Shown here: positions 29,580-38,618 of the stretch, piece after piece
Numbering within the stretch: the stretch's first letter is position 1
Layout of the letters: every line of letters starts with the position of its first letter
From: Bdellovibrionota bacterium
GTDB lineage: Bacteria > Bdellovibrionota_G > JALEGL01 > DATDPG01
Assembly (NCBI GenBank): GCA_963668355.1
Contig: OY764265.1
Coordinates: forward strand, 32,001 to 96,000
DNA length: 64,000 nt
Direction: 5' to 3'
Position numbers and translations under genes: made by a program
The notes under the pieces: generated by a model
What the model saw: only the letters and a program-made list of their open reading frames with translations
What the model was told of the DNA's origin: nothing
Databases searched by the model: none

Positions 29580-32500
29580 ATGTTGGGTTTATTTTTTAAA
29601 CAGCGTGTTTCCCTTTTTCTTTTCATCTGTCTTCTTCCCTCGCTGGGTTTAAGTCAGCCAAAGCTTCCCCTTCACTTGGAGCCTTTGGCCGATGCTCGTT
29701 ATGGAGAGCCTCAAACCGAATTAGCTCAAGCCTACTTGGCCCTGCAATTCGAAGTGTCTGAGCTTGCCTCGGCTCAATATGAAAACTGGCAAAACAACCA
29801 GGGAATTAGTGGCTTCACCTACAACTACGACGAGAGCCTCGAGAAAAGTTTTCAACATAAACAAACGCAGCTGATCGATCTCGGTAACGAACTCATCGCC
29901 AACGCGACACCCCTTCAAGTTGGCTATGCTCTAACCTATTTTCCTCATCTAGCAACTGGTTTGGGATTAGCTCCATCGCTGGCCGGGCAGCAACAATCTC
30001 TCGATCTGCCTCGTTTCAGTCGAAACGCCGTCACCAAACATCATCGTCGAAGCTTGCTCATCCGTTGGATGGAGTTGGGCGAAGAATCGAATCCCGAATT
30101 GGCGGCCGAACTATTTGAGACTCTTCTTCGGGCGCAACGTCACGCCCAAAATTACTATGAAATTCTCAGCCAGATGGCTCTTATCGAGGCTGAAAGAGAA
30201 ATCATCGGCCAAGCCAACGCCGACCGTATTCGATCCTTGGAAACAGTTGTCAATGCCTACGCGAAAGAAGCTTTCGATCTAAATAAAGTTCTTAGGCTTG
30301 AATATCGAAACGTTCAGAATCCTCGCTATCGTGAATGGATTGAGGGCGCTGTTGCTTTTCTCGATGAATCCCCCGCTCTCCCCACGAATGTCGGTGAAAT
30401 GATCGCCCTGCCTTTGTGGGGTGGGGCCAAAGTCGGTTGGCGAACCCTCACGTCTCGTTTTCATCGGCACATTCGGCAAGACGAAGAGCGAGCTTTGGCC
30501 GAAGAACTTCTTTTGGCGGAAGAAAAAGCCAAAACGACAAATGCGACACATGTAGCTGGCTTAAAACTCGATCGGGCCATGCCGGGTTTCTCCATCACTC
30601 ATCAATCTAATCCGTTTCTTGCCCTTGAAGGTGTGCCGGAGGGATTTGCCGGACTTCTAAGTTGGGTCGAAAGTCTTGGGGGCGAGTTTGCTCGTTTGAA
30701 CGTGGCGGAAGGTTCAAAAATTCTCTTCATCGATGGCGCCCAAGGCATCATGTCCATCGCTGCCGCTCGCGAAAACTTCGTGGAAGACTATGCGAAAACA
30801 GCCGGAAAGTGGCTGCAAGGCAACTTCACGCGAGATGAAGCCCTTCGTGAAGAACGCTTACAGCAAGCCTCGGTGCTAGCCGTCGTCAATGCAGAAAAAG
30901 GTTATCTCAATCCTGAGTTTTCTCCCATGTACACGGCCGGAGTTCTCGTCGGAGCTCGTGGAGCCATCAAAGTTATCGTGGCGCCGATCTCCGTAATGCG
31001 AGGTTTGGCTTCGAAAGTGCGAATTCCTTCTCTGCGATGGAATCTTTCCAAAGATGCTCGCGCCAAATTGGGCGTTGAGTGGAAACCCAAAAATACTGAA
31101 ACTAGAAATGTCATCGATGGTCTTATTGCCGAAATTCAAAGCACTCGAACGCCCTTAGACCGTATGATGTCCGAAGCTAGAGGGGCGATCGGATCCGGCG
31201 GTCGGACTTATGGTGAAGGCACTGGTGGAAGCGGAGGTTCTGGCGGTGGTGGAACTGTGGTTCGACCTTCTTCGGGCAACTCCGGATCTCCTTCGGGTGG
31301 AACGGCAATCGCCACGGCCACGCGCTTTTCCACTCAAACTTCACAAACCTCTGCCCCAGGAATGCAAGTACAGTCGTCTTCCACGGCTGTAACCGGATCT
31401 CAACCTCAAGCTTCTGGCGCAATCATAACAATGGTTCCCGATCTTGAGATTCAAGATGACATGGAAGTCCGTCACCCGGATCCGGGAAAACTCATTGAAG
31501 AGAGAACCAAAGCCGTGCGCGAGCAACAGGAACGACTCTTCCTCGCTACACCGGGAGCGTATGAAGATTTTAAGGGTGACGTAAATGCTTGGATTGCAGC
31601 TGGTTCGCCGACTCCCCATGACTGGTCGAAGTTTGTGGAGTTTAATTCCCGCGAATATTACGCCATGTACTTCACCGGATCCGAAGAGTTAGATGCGGCA
31701 GAAGCCGCGGCTCGAAAAGAGGCGCTTCAAATGCTGGAAGCTCTTTTTGCTCGAACCACGAGCAATCAATCTGAAGCTCGACGCCTGGCGGAAATTGTCA
31801 TGGAAATCGGCATTCTTAACATCACCGATTTCGATGGAACCCGCTCTCGCTTAGGAGATTTAGGTGAAGAACGTAACGCGCAGGTCGATGAAATGGCCAA
31901 CGTGTTAGCCGACGCGGAAAAAGCTTTCGGCATTACGTCGATTAAAGCTTCGGGTCGACCTCTGGCCTGGCCTGGCATTGGTCTTCTCAACGATATTGAG
32001 AATCTACCGGCTCTGGCCATTGGTGAAGCCGGAACGGCTCTTGCGATTGATGGTTTCCCCTCCAAAGACTATGCCGAGTTCTTAAAGGAGCGCATGGGAT
32101 TTAATCGAGAAGAACTGGACGGAGAAGTCGTGGCTTTCTTAGAAGCTTCACAAACGGCCGGTCAAATTCTTGCCCTTCGCGCCCAAATTCAAAACGCTGT
32201 GACAACGAAGCTCGCTTATGATGTTCAGTTCCCAGAAAATGTGGTGGCCGAAGCTATTGCTGACTTCCAAAAAGAGCTGGAACATTTAGTAAGCCAACGA
32301 GCCAAAGTTGTCATGAGCCATTTCATCGAAACAGAAAATGAGGGCATCAAAAATTCGTATCGAATTGACATTGTGCCAGGCAATAAAGCTGACGCAGCAG
32401 ATTATGTGGCCTTAAAAGCAGCTGAAGCCGAAATCACATTACCCATCATTACGGCTGGTGATAGTGGAAATGATATTGCACTTGTGGGAGCGGCACGAAA

Positions 32501-33620
32501 TGTCAAAGGTGTTGAACCTCAAGCGATTATTCAAAACATTTTTAATGGTTCTCCCCTCGGCTCAAATGTTTTCATCGCCGTGGCCAATCGTCATGCTTCT
32601 CTGCGAGAAGAAATTGATCAATTGGCCGTACCCGCGGAAGAGTACTTAATCGCACCCGATCCTAACGGCATGTTAAATGGCGTGTACTTCATCATGAATG
32701 CTGAAGGTTTGGTTGAAAAAGTTATTCTGGATGATTCAGAGTTAAACCAACTTTATGAGAACGTACCTTTGGGAAACCGTCATGGTCCTGAATCAATTCT
32801 CAACGCCTATCAACTCATTTTCGGTCGAGATGCTGCCGCACTGGACGCCGGAAGTGAAGAAGCTTCGGGCGAAATCGACTACTCTTCTTATAAGTTTCCG
32901 ACGTTTTATACGCCATGGGCGTATTTCAATTGGTGGGGGCGAAGAGGAAAATCCAAACTCAAATTTTTAACTCACTCAGCTAACAAAACGGATGCTTCTG
33001 GACATCCCTTACGTGTAACTCTTTCTGGACGTCCTATACGCGTAACTCTAAAAGATGGAACCACTGTAGAAGGAACGTTTAAAGATGCAGGAATTCGGGT
33101 CGCCTATGCCATGTCACCTGGGGACGATAGCGCGCCCTGGTGGTATCAATTTGAGGTCTTTGAGCATAAGCCGGACGGAAGTTTGGGTGAGGTTAGAGTG
33201 TTCAAACAAGGTGAGTTTTCCGACATCGAGTTCGGTCCTCGACTCATTCCAGAGAACGCCATCAATTATTCAAGCGTTGTATTTCCCGAAAAGAAGCAAT
33301 TGCTCGAAATCCTTCATAGAAGGGCCTCTGGCGTCGGCCATTTCTGGATTGCCATGGCCAAGGCATTTTTCCTCGAAGAACAAGGAGAGGGTTTAAACCT
33401 TAAAGGAAGGCCTGTAAGGCTGACGTCCCTCAATGGTGGATACATGATTGAAGGAACGTTCGACAGCCTCTTAATGGAAAAACCGGATAAAGGTAGAAAA
33501 CCACGGCAGATCATTCGCATCTATGACCGCAACCCCGATGGCAGCCAGGGTAATATTCGAGATTACTACGTAGATCGTTTCAACAATCTCGAACTCGGAC
33601 CTGCCCCTTCGGGCAGCTAA
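29580..33620 (+). CDS. Large exported multidomain protein with HAD (Cof/IIB-like) domain and tandem C-terminal repeats
   Basis: Signal peptide; G/S/T linker; DFDGT, ASGR, PGNK, GDSGND; two ~115-aa repeats. Confidence 0.8.
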   Translation: MLGLFFKQRVSLFLFICLLPSLGLSQPKLPLHLEPLADARYGEPQTELAQAYLALQFEVSELASAQYENWQNNQGISGFTYNYDESLEKSFQHKQTQLIDLGNELIANATPLQVGYALTYFPHLATGLGLAPSLAGQQQSLDLPRFSRNAVTKHHRRSLLIRWMELGEESNPELAAELFETLLRAQRHAQNYYEILSQMALIEAEREIIGQANADRIRSLETVVNAYAKEAFDLNKVLRLEYRNVQNPRYREWIEGAVAFLDESPALPTNVGEMIALPLWGGAKVGWRTLTSRFHRHIRQDEERALAEELLLAEEKAKTTNATHVAGLKLDRAMPGFSITHQSNPFLALEGVPEGFAGLLSWVESLGGEFARLNVAEGSKILFIDGAQGIMSIAAARENFVEDYAKTAGKWLQGNFTRDEALREERLQQASVLAVVNAEKGYLNPEFSPMYTAGVLVGARGAIKVIVAPISVMRGLASKVRIPSLRWNLSKDARAKLGVEWKPKNTETRNVIDGLIAEIQSTRTPLDRMMSEARGAIGSGGRTYGEGTGGSGGSGGGGTVVRPSSGNSGSPSGGTAIATATRFSTQTSQTSAPGMQVQSSSTAVTGSQPQASGAIITMVPDLEIQDDMEVRHPDPGKLIEERTKAVREQQERLFLATPGAYEDFKGDVNAWIAAGSPTPHDWSKFVEFNSREYYAMYFTGSEELDAAEAAARKEALQMLEALFARTTSNQSEARRLAEIVMEIGILNITDFDGTRSRLGDLGEERNAQVDEMANVLADAEKAFGITSIKASGRPLAWPGIGLLNDIENLPALAIGEAGTALAIDGFPSKDYAEFLKERMGFNREELDGEVVAFLEASQTAGQILALRAQIQNAVTTKLAYDVQFPENVVAEAIADFQKELEHLVSQRAKVVMSHFIETENEGIKNSYRIDIVPGNKADAADYVALKAAEAEITLPIITAGDSGNDIALVGAARNVKGVEPQAIIQNIFNGSPLGSNVFIAVANRHASLREEIDQLAVPAEEYLIAPDPNGMLNGVYFIMNAEGLVEKVILDDSELNQLYENVPLGNRHGPESILNAYQLIFGRDAAALDAGSEEASGEIDYSSYKFPTFYTPWAYFNWWGRRGKSKLKFLTHSANKTDASGHPLRVTLSGRPIRVTLKDGTTVEGTFKDAGIRVAYAMSPGDDSAPWWYQFEVFEHKPDGSLGEVRVFKQGEFSDIEFGPRLIPENAINYSSVVFPEKKQLLEILHRRASGVGHFWIAMAKAFFLEEQGEGLNLKGRPVRLTSLNGGYMIEGTFDSLLMEKPDKGRKPRQIIRIYDRNPDGSQGNIRDYYVDRFNNLELGPAPSGS

Positions 33621-33786
33621 TTTAGGCCGCCAATCGCGGGAAGAGCGGACTCGGCTTTTGCGTCTCGAATTTTTCGAGTTGACCGGGCTTGGGAGTCGAT
33701 TGGCTTATGAGAAATTGAGATTTTTAAATCTTATATTAGACCTACTTCTGTACAGAAATCCGTGAATGGCAGAACGCGCCCTTCGG

Positions 33787-33813
33787 TCGGATAGCGTCGG
33801 GCGTCCCCTGATT
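33787..33813. repeat. Second copy of the REP-like arm
   Basis: TCGGATAGCGTCGGGCGTCCCCTGATT, 23/27 identical to 29030-29056. Confidence 0.75.
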
Positions 33814-34340
33814 TAAGGCTCCAAAATAGCGAACCATGTGCGTCCCTTTTAGCGGTACTTGCAGACTCAAGAGCGCCAAAAAAGTTAAGGCATCATAACC
33901 AGCTACAACAGTCCTCCGTCCATCGAATTTCTTGGTGCTTAGAACATTGACTCGCCCTGTGGTCGCATCATACGTGACTCTTTCCAGTGAAATGGCTGGC
34001 CTAGCCATATAGCGAACCAGACGTCGAAGCCGTGAGTATTCTCCTTTATTGATTCGAACGGACGTATCAACGGAAAATCCGGTGTAGTCCCACTCCAGGA
34101 TTTCGTCGCGAAATTCTTCGCTCAGTTTCTTATCTTTCACGAGCGCGTTCATCACCTTTCGTGCAAAGAGGCGATTGAGAGCTTCGCGCTCAAGCTGTGG
34201 GTCGAACTTAAGGGAATGGAAACGACCTTCGTCGTCAAAAGCTCCCTCGGTCACTAAGGCATGAACATGCGGATGCGGATCTAATCGGTCAGCAAACAGT
34301 TGAGGCAACATAACCAAACCGGCGTTTACGTTTTTCTGCT
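33814..34340 (-). pseudogene. IS91-family (Y2 HUH) transposase internal fragment
   Basis: HPHVHALVTEG, GFSVD, YMARPAIS, HMVRYFG; lacks the N-terminal Zn domain and the C-terminus. Confidence 0.88.
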
Positions 34341-34728
34341 TAAGGCCCCATTGAAAGAAGGCTGCAGAAAATCGTATTTTTTGGACGCGGGCTCCTTCTG
34401 CCCCGGTCCCCGAAGAATCCCGCGTCCAAGAGGAAATTTAAGTCTGAGGCCGTCAGATTTGGTTTCAGGCCCTCCGGTTTTGTAGAAGCATGGCCTGGTT
34501 GGACTGCAAGCCACATGACAAGCCGCCGACACGCAAGGTGTGGCGGCGGGTTGGCAGGGGGCTTGCTTTTGTCTGCAAACGGCATGACACCCGTTAGGGT
34601 GGCGGGACGTTTGCTTTGGCTGCAAAGGGCGTGACGGAGGAACGACGGCGCGGCCTTTGCTCGTGACTCTCACCTGAGCATTTTTCGCCATTTCCACTTT
34701 CCAAAACGTCGAGCTAAGTTCCAACAGC

Positions 34729-34882
34729 CCCGCCATAAAGAAACACCCGCCCTAGGCGGGTATTTTTTTAGGGTCGGGAGATCCTAAAAAAGAAGGAACC
34801 GGCCGGGAACCCACTATGTGGGTGGACGGGTTCTCACCTTCAGGATCTATGAACGAGAGTCCATGAATCCCTCACCGGCCGC
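34729..34882 (+). repeat. Structured ~155-bp direct repeat, copy 2
   Basis: Near-identical to 26005-26160. Confidence 0.92.
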
Positions 34883-37457
34883 TACGAATCGACCTTCTTC
34901 GGAAAACGAGCGTCATCAATAAAACGATCAAGCCCAGCGCACTCGAATTTCCATTGGCCTGACAACCACCACTCACCGTTGCGCCCCCAGTTTCACTTCC
35001 AGATTGGGTCGTTGTCCCCGAAGGGCCGGAATCGCCGTCATTCACTAAATCATCCGAAAAACCAAATCCCGGTCCCTGAGGGTTATCAGCACCCACATCC
35101 GGAACCACCGTCTCCACATCAGAGAACTCTGAGCTATTATGCTGAAAACTTGCTTCTAAAAGAGTTTCGCCCGTGATGCTCAAGGAACCTGCATTGATCG
35201 TATCACCACCATATATTACAGAAATGGAATACGGGTTCCCCGATTCTCGATCATGTGTACCCGAACTTCTCAAATCTCCTGATTCACTGTATTCGGTTAA
35301 ACGAAGCGTAACTTCTCCCGAAGCGTCCGTTACGCCCTCCACCGTTCCCGCCGACGAAACCGCTCTAACCGTTGCGTTTACTGCAGGTCCACCCGATGCA
35401 TTTTTTATCAACCCTCTTAAGTACCATTGCTTCGTGAGATCATACGTAGCCTCGGAATTATTGGCGGTGAAATAATAGTCATCCGAATCAAAACCATCTA
35501 CGAAGTGATTGTTGACCAACATGAGCCCTGGAACATCCCCCGAATAATAACCTAATCTCAGGGCCGACTCTGGGTGATTCGGCGTATAAAAAGAATTGGC
35601 CAAACGAACGAAATAATTGTTTTCGAACCACATATAGTCCGCATGCCCATAGGGACTCGCGATCCAAGCTGCTTTGTCATTGGTTTCAATGACATTGTTA
35701 TGAAACAGAAGGTTGTCAGTTGCGTTGTTGGTTGCACCCCCGAGATACAAAGCAAATGTCGGCGCTTGATCATTATTGTTATCTTTTATGACTTGGAAAT
35801 AGTTATTAAAAATGCGGTTATTCACTCCCGAAGCTGAATAGAAAATACCGGTTGCAATTGGCATACAATTTTCCCAGTTTGTATCGTACGAGTGACCTTC
35901 GATATAAAATGAATTGTCGTAGACCCAGTTGTCGTAATTGGTTTCTGCGCCATAATCATTCATTCGAATGGCATTCGTCGAGTAATCCTCATTAATGTAT
36001 TCAACATTGCATGTCGCTGTTCGAACGTAGAAGACATTTCCATGGATCTTATACCCGTGCCCCACATAGGTCAGAATTCCACTTCCTTCGATGGGATCAA
36101 AAATATTGTCGTAAATTTCCGGATTTTCCGCACCACTATGAATGATTGCGTAATGGTTCGTGGCCTGAGCATTGTTTCGAATATAGTTGTTGTAGACTTT
36201 CGTGTTTGTTCCACGAAGGCGAATGACGCCTTGTCCTCCGATGGCATTGTTGTGATGAAATTCACCACCACCTAAGATCACGTTTTCTTCATCGCTATTT
36301 TCGCGAGAAAAATACCAAGGCATATTCACAATCAAATTATTGTGATGAATCTCTCCTGCAGAACTGATGCTATGAGACTTCAAACCATTGGCTACAATTT
36401 CCAAGTTGTGAAATTGACCGCGCGTTGTACCAAGAGTCCGAATTCCGTAAGAAATTTGATTTTCATGTGCGGCTTCGATTCGACCGTTTCTCACTTCTAA
36501 ATGGTTATATCGGTCGGGTCCCGAATAATCTCCAGAAGGAGGAATACTCAGACCAGATAAATTTTGAACGATCGGATCTTGGTTTGAATTGCTATCGCTC
36601 AAGGACCAACTCGTTAAAACTGCGACCCCGTAGTCCCCAATGGGAACAATTCCTGTGCGATCAATATATGCATAATCACTCGTTTGAATTCTTAAGCGAT
36701 AATTCCCGGAACCGGTCGAATCGAACCGACATGCCAAGGACTGACCTCGAAAGAAGGGAGTTTCACCATCTTCCGCCCGACTTTTTCGCTCGGAACACAT
36801 CACATTTCCGGACTCATCCAAGACTTCCATTGATATGAAGTCACCGCTACTTCGCGCGGCTCTTCCAACCGTCATATACCCGCGATACGCCCTAGCTTCC
36901 GGCAAACTGATCAGCGATGATTCCAGCGTTACGGCATTCTCTGCATACAACACGGAATCCCCGCTCATGGGTTGCCAATAAGCCGTGTCCCTCGGAACGA
37001 CGGAACCCGAAACAACGGTCCAACCATCAGGCGTATTTCCAGTCCATGATTCAAAGCTGTTATTCGGAATGGATTCGTAATTCGCAGCGCTATAGCGCAT
37101 CGTATATCCGTTTAAATCAAACGTCGTTGTGGATTCGACATCTGGATTTCCATCTTCCAAACCGAAAACCGTACATGTTTTTTCGCAATCGATATCCCCC
37201 ATTAATAAAAAGAAGTGATCTTCATTCGAGAGATTCCGAAAAAAATACACCCCATGTGTCGAATCATATTCATAACCCGGACCATTTTGACCCGGATGAA
37301 CTTCCACACAATTGGCTGGCATTCCCGAGTCGCTACAGGTTTGGCCCGTAACAAAATCCAAAGGGGCCACAGAGTCTCCAGCTCTTTCTTGTCCTGAAGA
37401 CGGTCCGCAAGAGCAAACGACAAAAACGAATATGAATACTTGCAGTTTATTTTTCAT
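34872..37457 (-). CDS. Surface beta-helix protein with MYXO-CTERM-like C-terminal anchor
   Basis: N-terminal VVCSC lipobox-like signal; Asn-rich beta-helix repeats; G/S/D/T linker; SGGC-TM-RRR tail. Confidence 0.75.
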   Translation of the reverse strand: MKNKLQVFIFVFVVCSCGPSSGQERAGDSVAPLDFVTGQTCSDSGMPANCVEVHPGQNGPGYEYDSTHGVYFFRNLSNEDHFFLLMGDIDCEKTCTVFGLEDGNPDVESTTTFDLNGYTMRYSAANYESIPNNSFESWTGNTPDGWTVVSGSVVPRDTAYWQPMSGDSVLYAENAVTLESSLISLPEARAYRGYMTVGRAARSSGDFISMEVLDESGNVMCSERKSRAEDGETPFFRGQSLACRFDSTGSGNYRLRIQTSDYAYIDRTGIVPIGDYGVAVLTSWSLSDSNSNQDPIVQNLSGLSIPPSGDYSGPDRYNHLEVRNGRIEAAHENQISYGIRTLGTTRGQFHNLEIVANGLKSHSISSAGEIHHNNLIVNMPWYFSRENSDEENVILGGGEFHHNNAIGGQGVIRLRGTNTKVYNNYIRNNAQATNHYAIIHSGAENPEIYDNIFDPIEGSGILTYVGHGYKIHGNVFYVRTATCNVEYINEDYSTNAIRMNDYGAETNYDNWVYDNSFYIEGHSYDTNWENCMPIATGIFYSASGVNNRIFNNYFQVIKDNNNDQAPTFALYLGGATNNATDNLLFHNNVIETNDKAAWIASPYGHADYMWFENNYFVRLANSFYTPNHPESALRLGYYSGDVPGLMLVNNHFVDGFDSDDYYFTANNSEATYDLTKQWYLRGLIKNASGGPAVNATVRAVSSAGTVEGVTDASGEVTLRLTEYSESGDLRSSGTHDRESGNPYSISVIYGGDTINAGSLSITGETLLEASFQHNSSEFSDVETVVPDVGADNPQGPGFGFSDDLVNDGDSGPSGTTTQSGSETGGATVSGGCQANGNSSALGLIVLLMTLVFRRRSIRSGR

Positions 37458-37489
37458 CCGTTGATCACCCCTCATCATCAAAAAACATC

Positions 37490-37504
37490 GCAACTCTAAT
37501 GCCA
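37490..37504 (-). promoter_or_regulatory. Sigma54 -24/-12 promoter
   Basis: TGGCATT-AGAG-TTGC; IHF-like TTTCAACATGTTA at 37531-37543. Confidence 0.65.
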
Positions 37505-37796
37505 CACGTACACGTCATTTTTTAACGTATTTTCAACATGTTAGAAGATTTCACAGCAATATTGCTATGAAATTTTTTCAACGGATCTCTTACTACGCAA
37601 GTTTTTCATAAGGAGACAGGTCAAATGCTGCCGTCGTGCATTGCTTTTTTGTGGTGGGATTTAGCGTGATTTCTTGGCATGTACGACGTAACCCACACGG
37701 CCAATTCATCTTGACTTCGGAAAGTGTCCACAGAATTCTAAACTTCCTTTACTGAGATCTAAACTTAAAAAACAACACTCAACTCCTTCTGCAAAC

Positions 37797-37828
37797 AAAG
37801 GGTGGCCGCTAAAAGGCCACCCTTTTTT
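37797..37828 (+). terminator. Rho-independent terminator of a possible sRNA
   Basis: AAAGGGTGGCC-N7-GGCCACCCTTT with T6; no upstream plus-strand CDS. Confidence 0.8.
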
Positions 37829-37901
37829 GCTTTTTCGTCAAACGTCGTCCCGTGAACACGGCCATTCTCTCTTGCCATGCCCTGTGCTACCCTGACCCTC
37901 C

Positions 37902-38576
37902 ATGAAAGAATCGGCCTTTCGCGTTCGCACCACCCTCCTTTCCCAAAGGCCCCATTCCGCAAGTTTTTCAGTGGTCCTCCTGACCGTGGCATTGATGTGT
38001 TCGATTTCTGGAATCTACTGGGAAAAGGTTACCCACATTTACCCACTTCTTGCGGCCACGCCTCTTCAGGTATTTGAACTTCAAGAGTATTGGCGTCTCT
38101 TGACCACCATTTTTGTCCATGGTGACATCAAACATTTGGTCTCCAACGTTCTTCCCTTTAGCCTCTTTGCCTATTTCCTCTACGGCTATTTTGGGTTTCG
38201 TGTATTTCCGGTTCAAGCTTTTCTGTTGGGGGCTTTGGTGAACCTGATTTCCCTCTATACCTACCCTTCCTCAACGACCCTCATCGGCGCATCTGGAGTG
38301 GTTTATCTAATCGGAGCCTTTTGGCTCACCATGTATGTTCTTCTCCATCGGCGCTATTCCCTGCGTAACCGCATGGTTCGCAGTTTTGGATTCGCTCTAC
38401 TTCTCTTCTTCCCCCGAAGTTATGAACTGCATGTCAGTTATCGAACCCACGCCATCGGTTTTGGATTGGGGATCGCCTGGGCTCTCGCCTACTATTTTAG
38501 AAATAAGCAAAAACTCCGAGCTGCCGAAATTGTGGAAGCGTTTCAGGATGAAGAGTGGGAACGGATTGAGCACTAG
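37902..38576 (+). CDS. Rhomboid intramembrane serine protease
   Basis: YWRLLT..FVHG..HLVSN, IGASG, THAIGF. Confidence 0.9.
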   Translation: MKESAFRVRTTLLSQRPHSASFSVVLLTVALMCSISGIYWEKVTHIYPLLAATPLQVFELQEYWRLLTTIFVHGDIKHLVSNVLPFSLFAYFLYGYFGFRVFPVQAFLLGALVNLISLYTYPSSTTLIGASGVVYLIGAFWLTMYVLLHRRYSLRNRMVRSFGFALLLFFPRSYELHVSYRTHAIGFGLGIAWALAYYFRNKQKLRAAEIVEAFQDEEWERIEH

Positions 38577-38618
38577 AACGTCACCCAAGTTTTGAAGTAT
38601 AATAGGCGAACCTCACCG

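Larger units (their letters stand above)
26005..34882. mobile_element. tRNA-Arg-associated genomic island (~8.7 kb) without integrase
   Basis: Flanking direct repeats starting at the tRNA 3' end; transposase and MFS remnants; orphan cargo. Confidence 0.75.

Noticed and set aside
34300..34736. ORFs of 61-136 aa
   Set aside because: Arise from GC-rich hairpins; no transposase Zn-finger pattern seen
26005..34882. CRISPR array, integron or prophage
   Set aside because: No regularly spaced repeats, cas genes, intI, clear attC R''/R' boxes or phage genes
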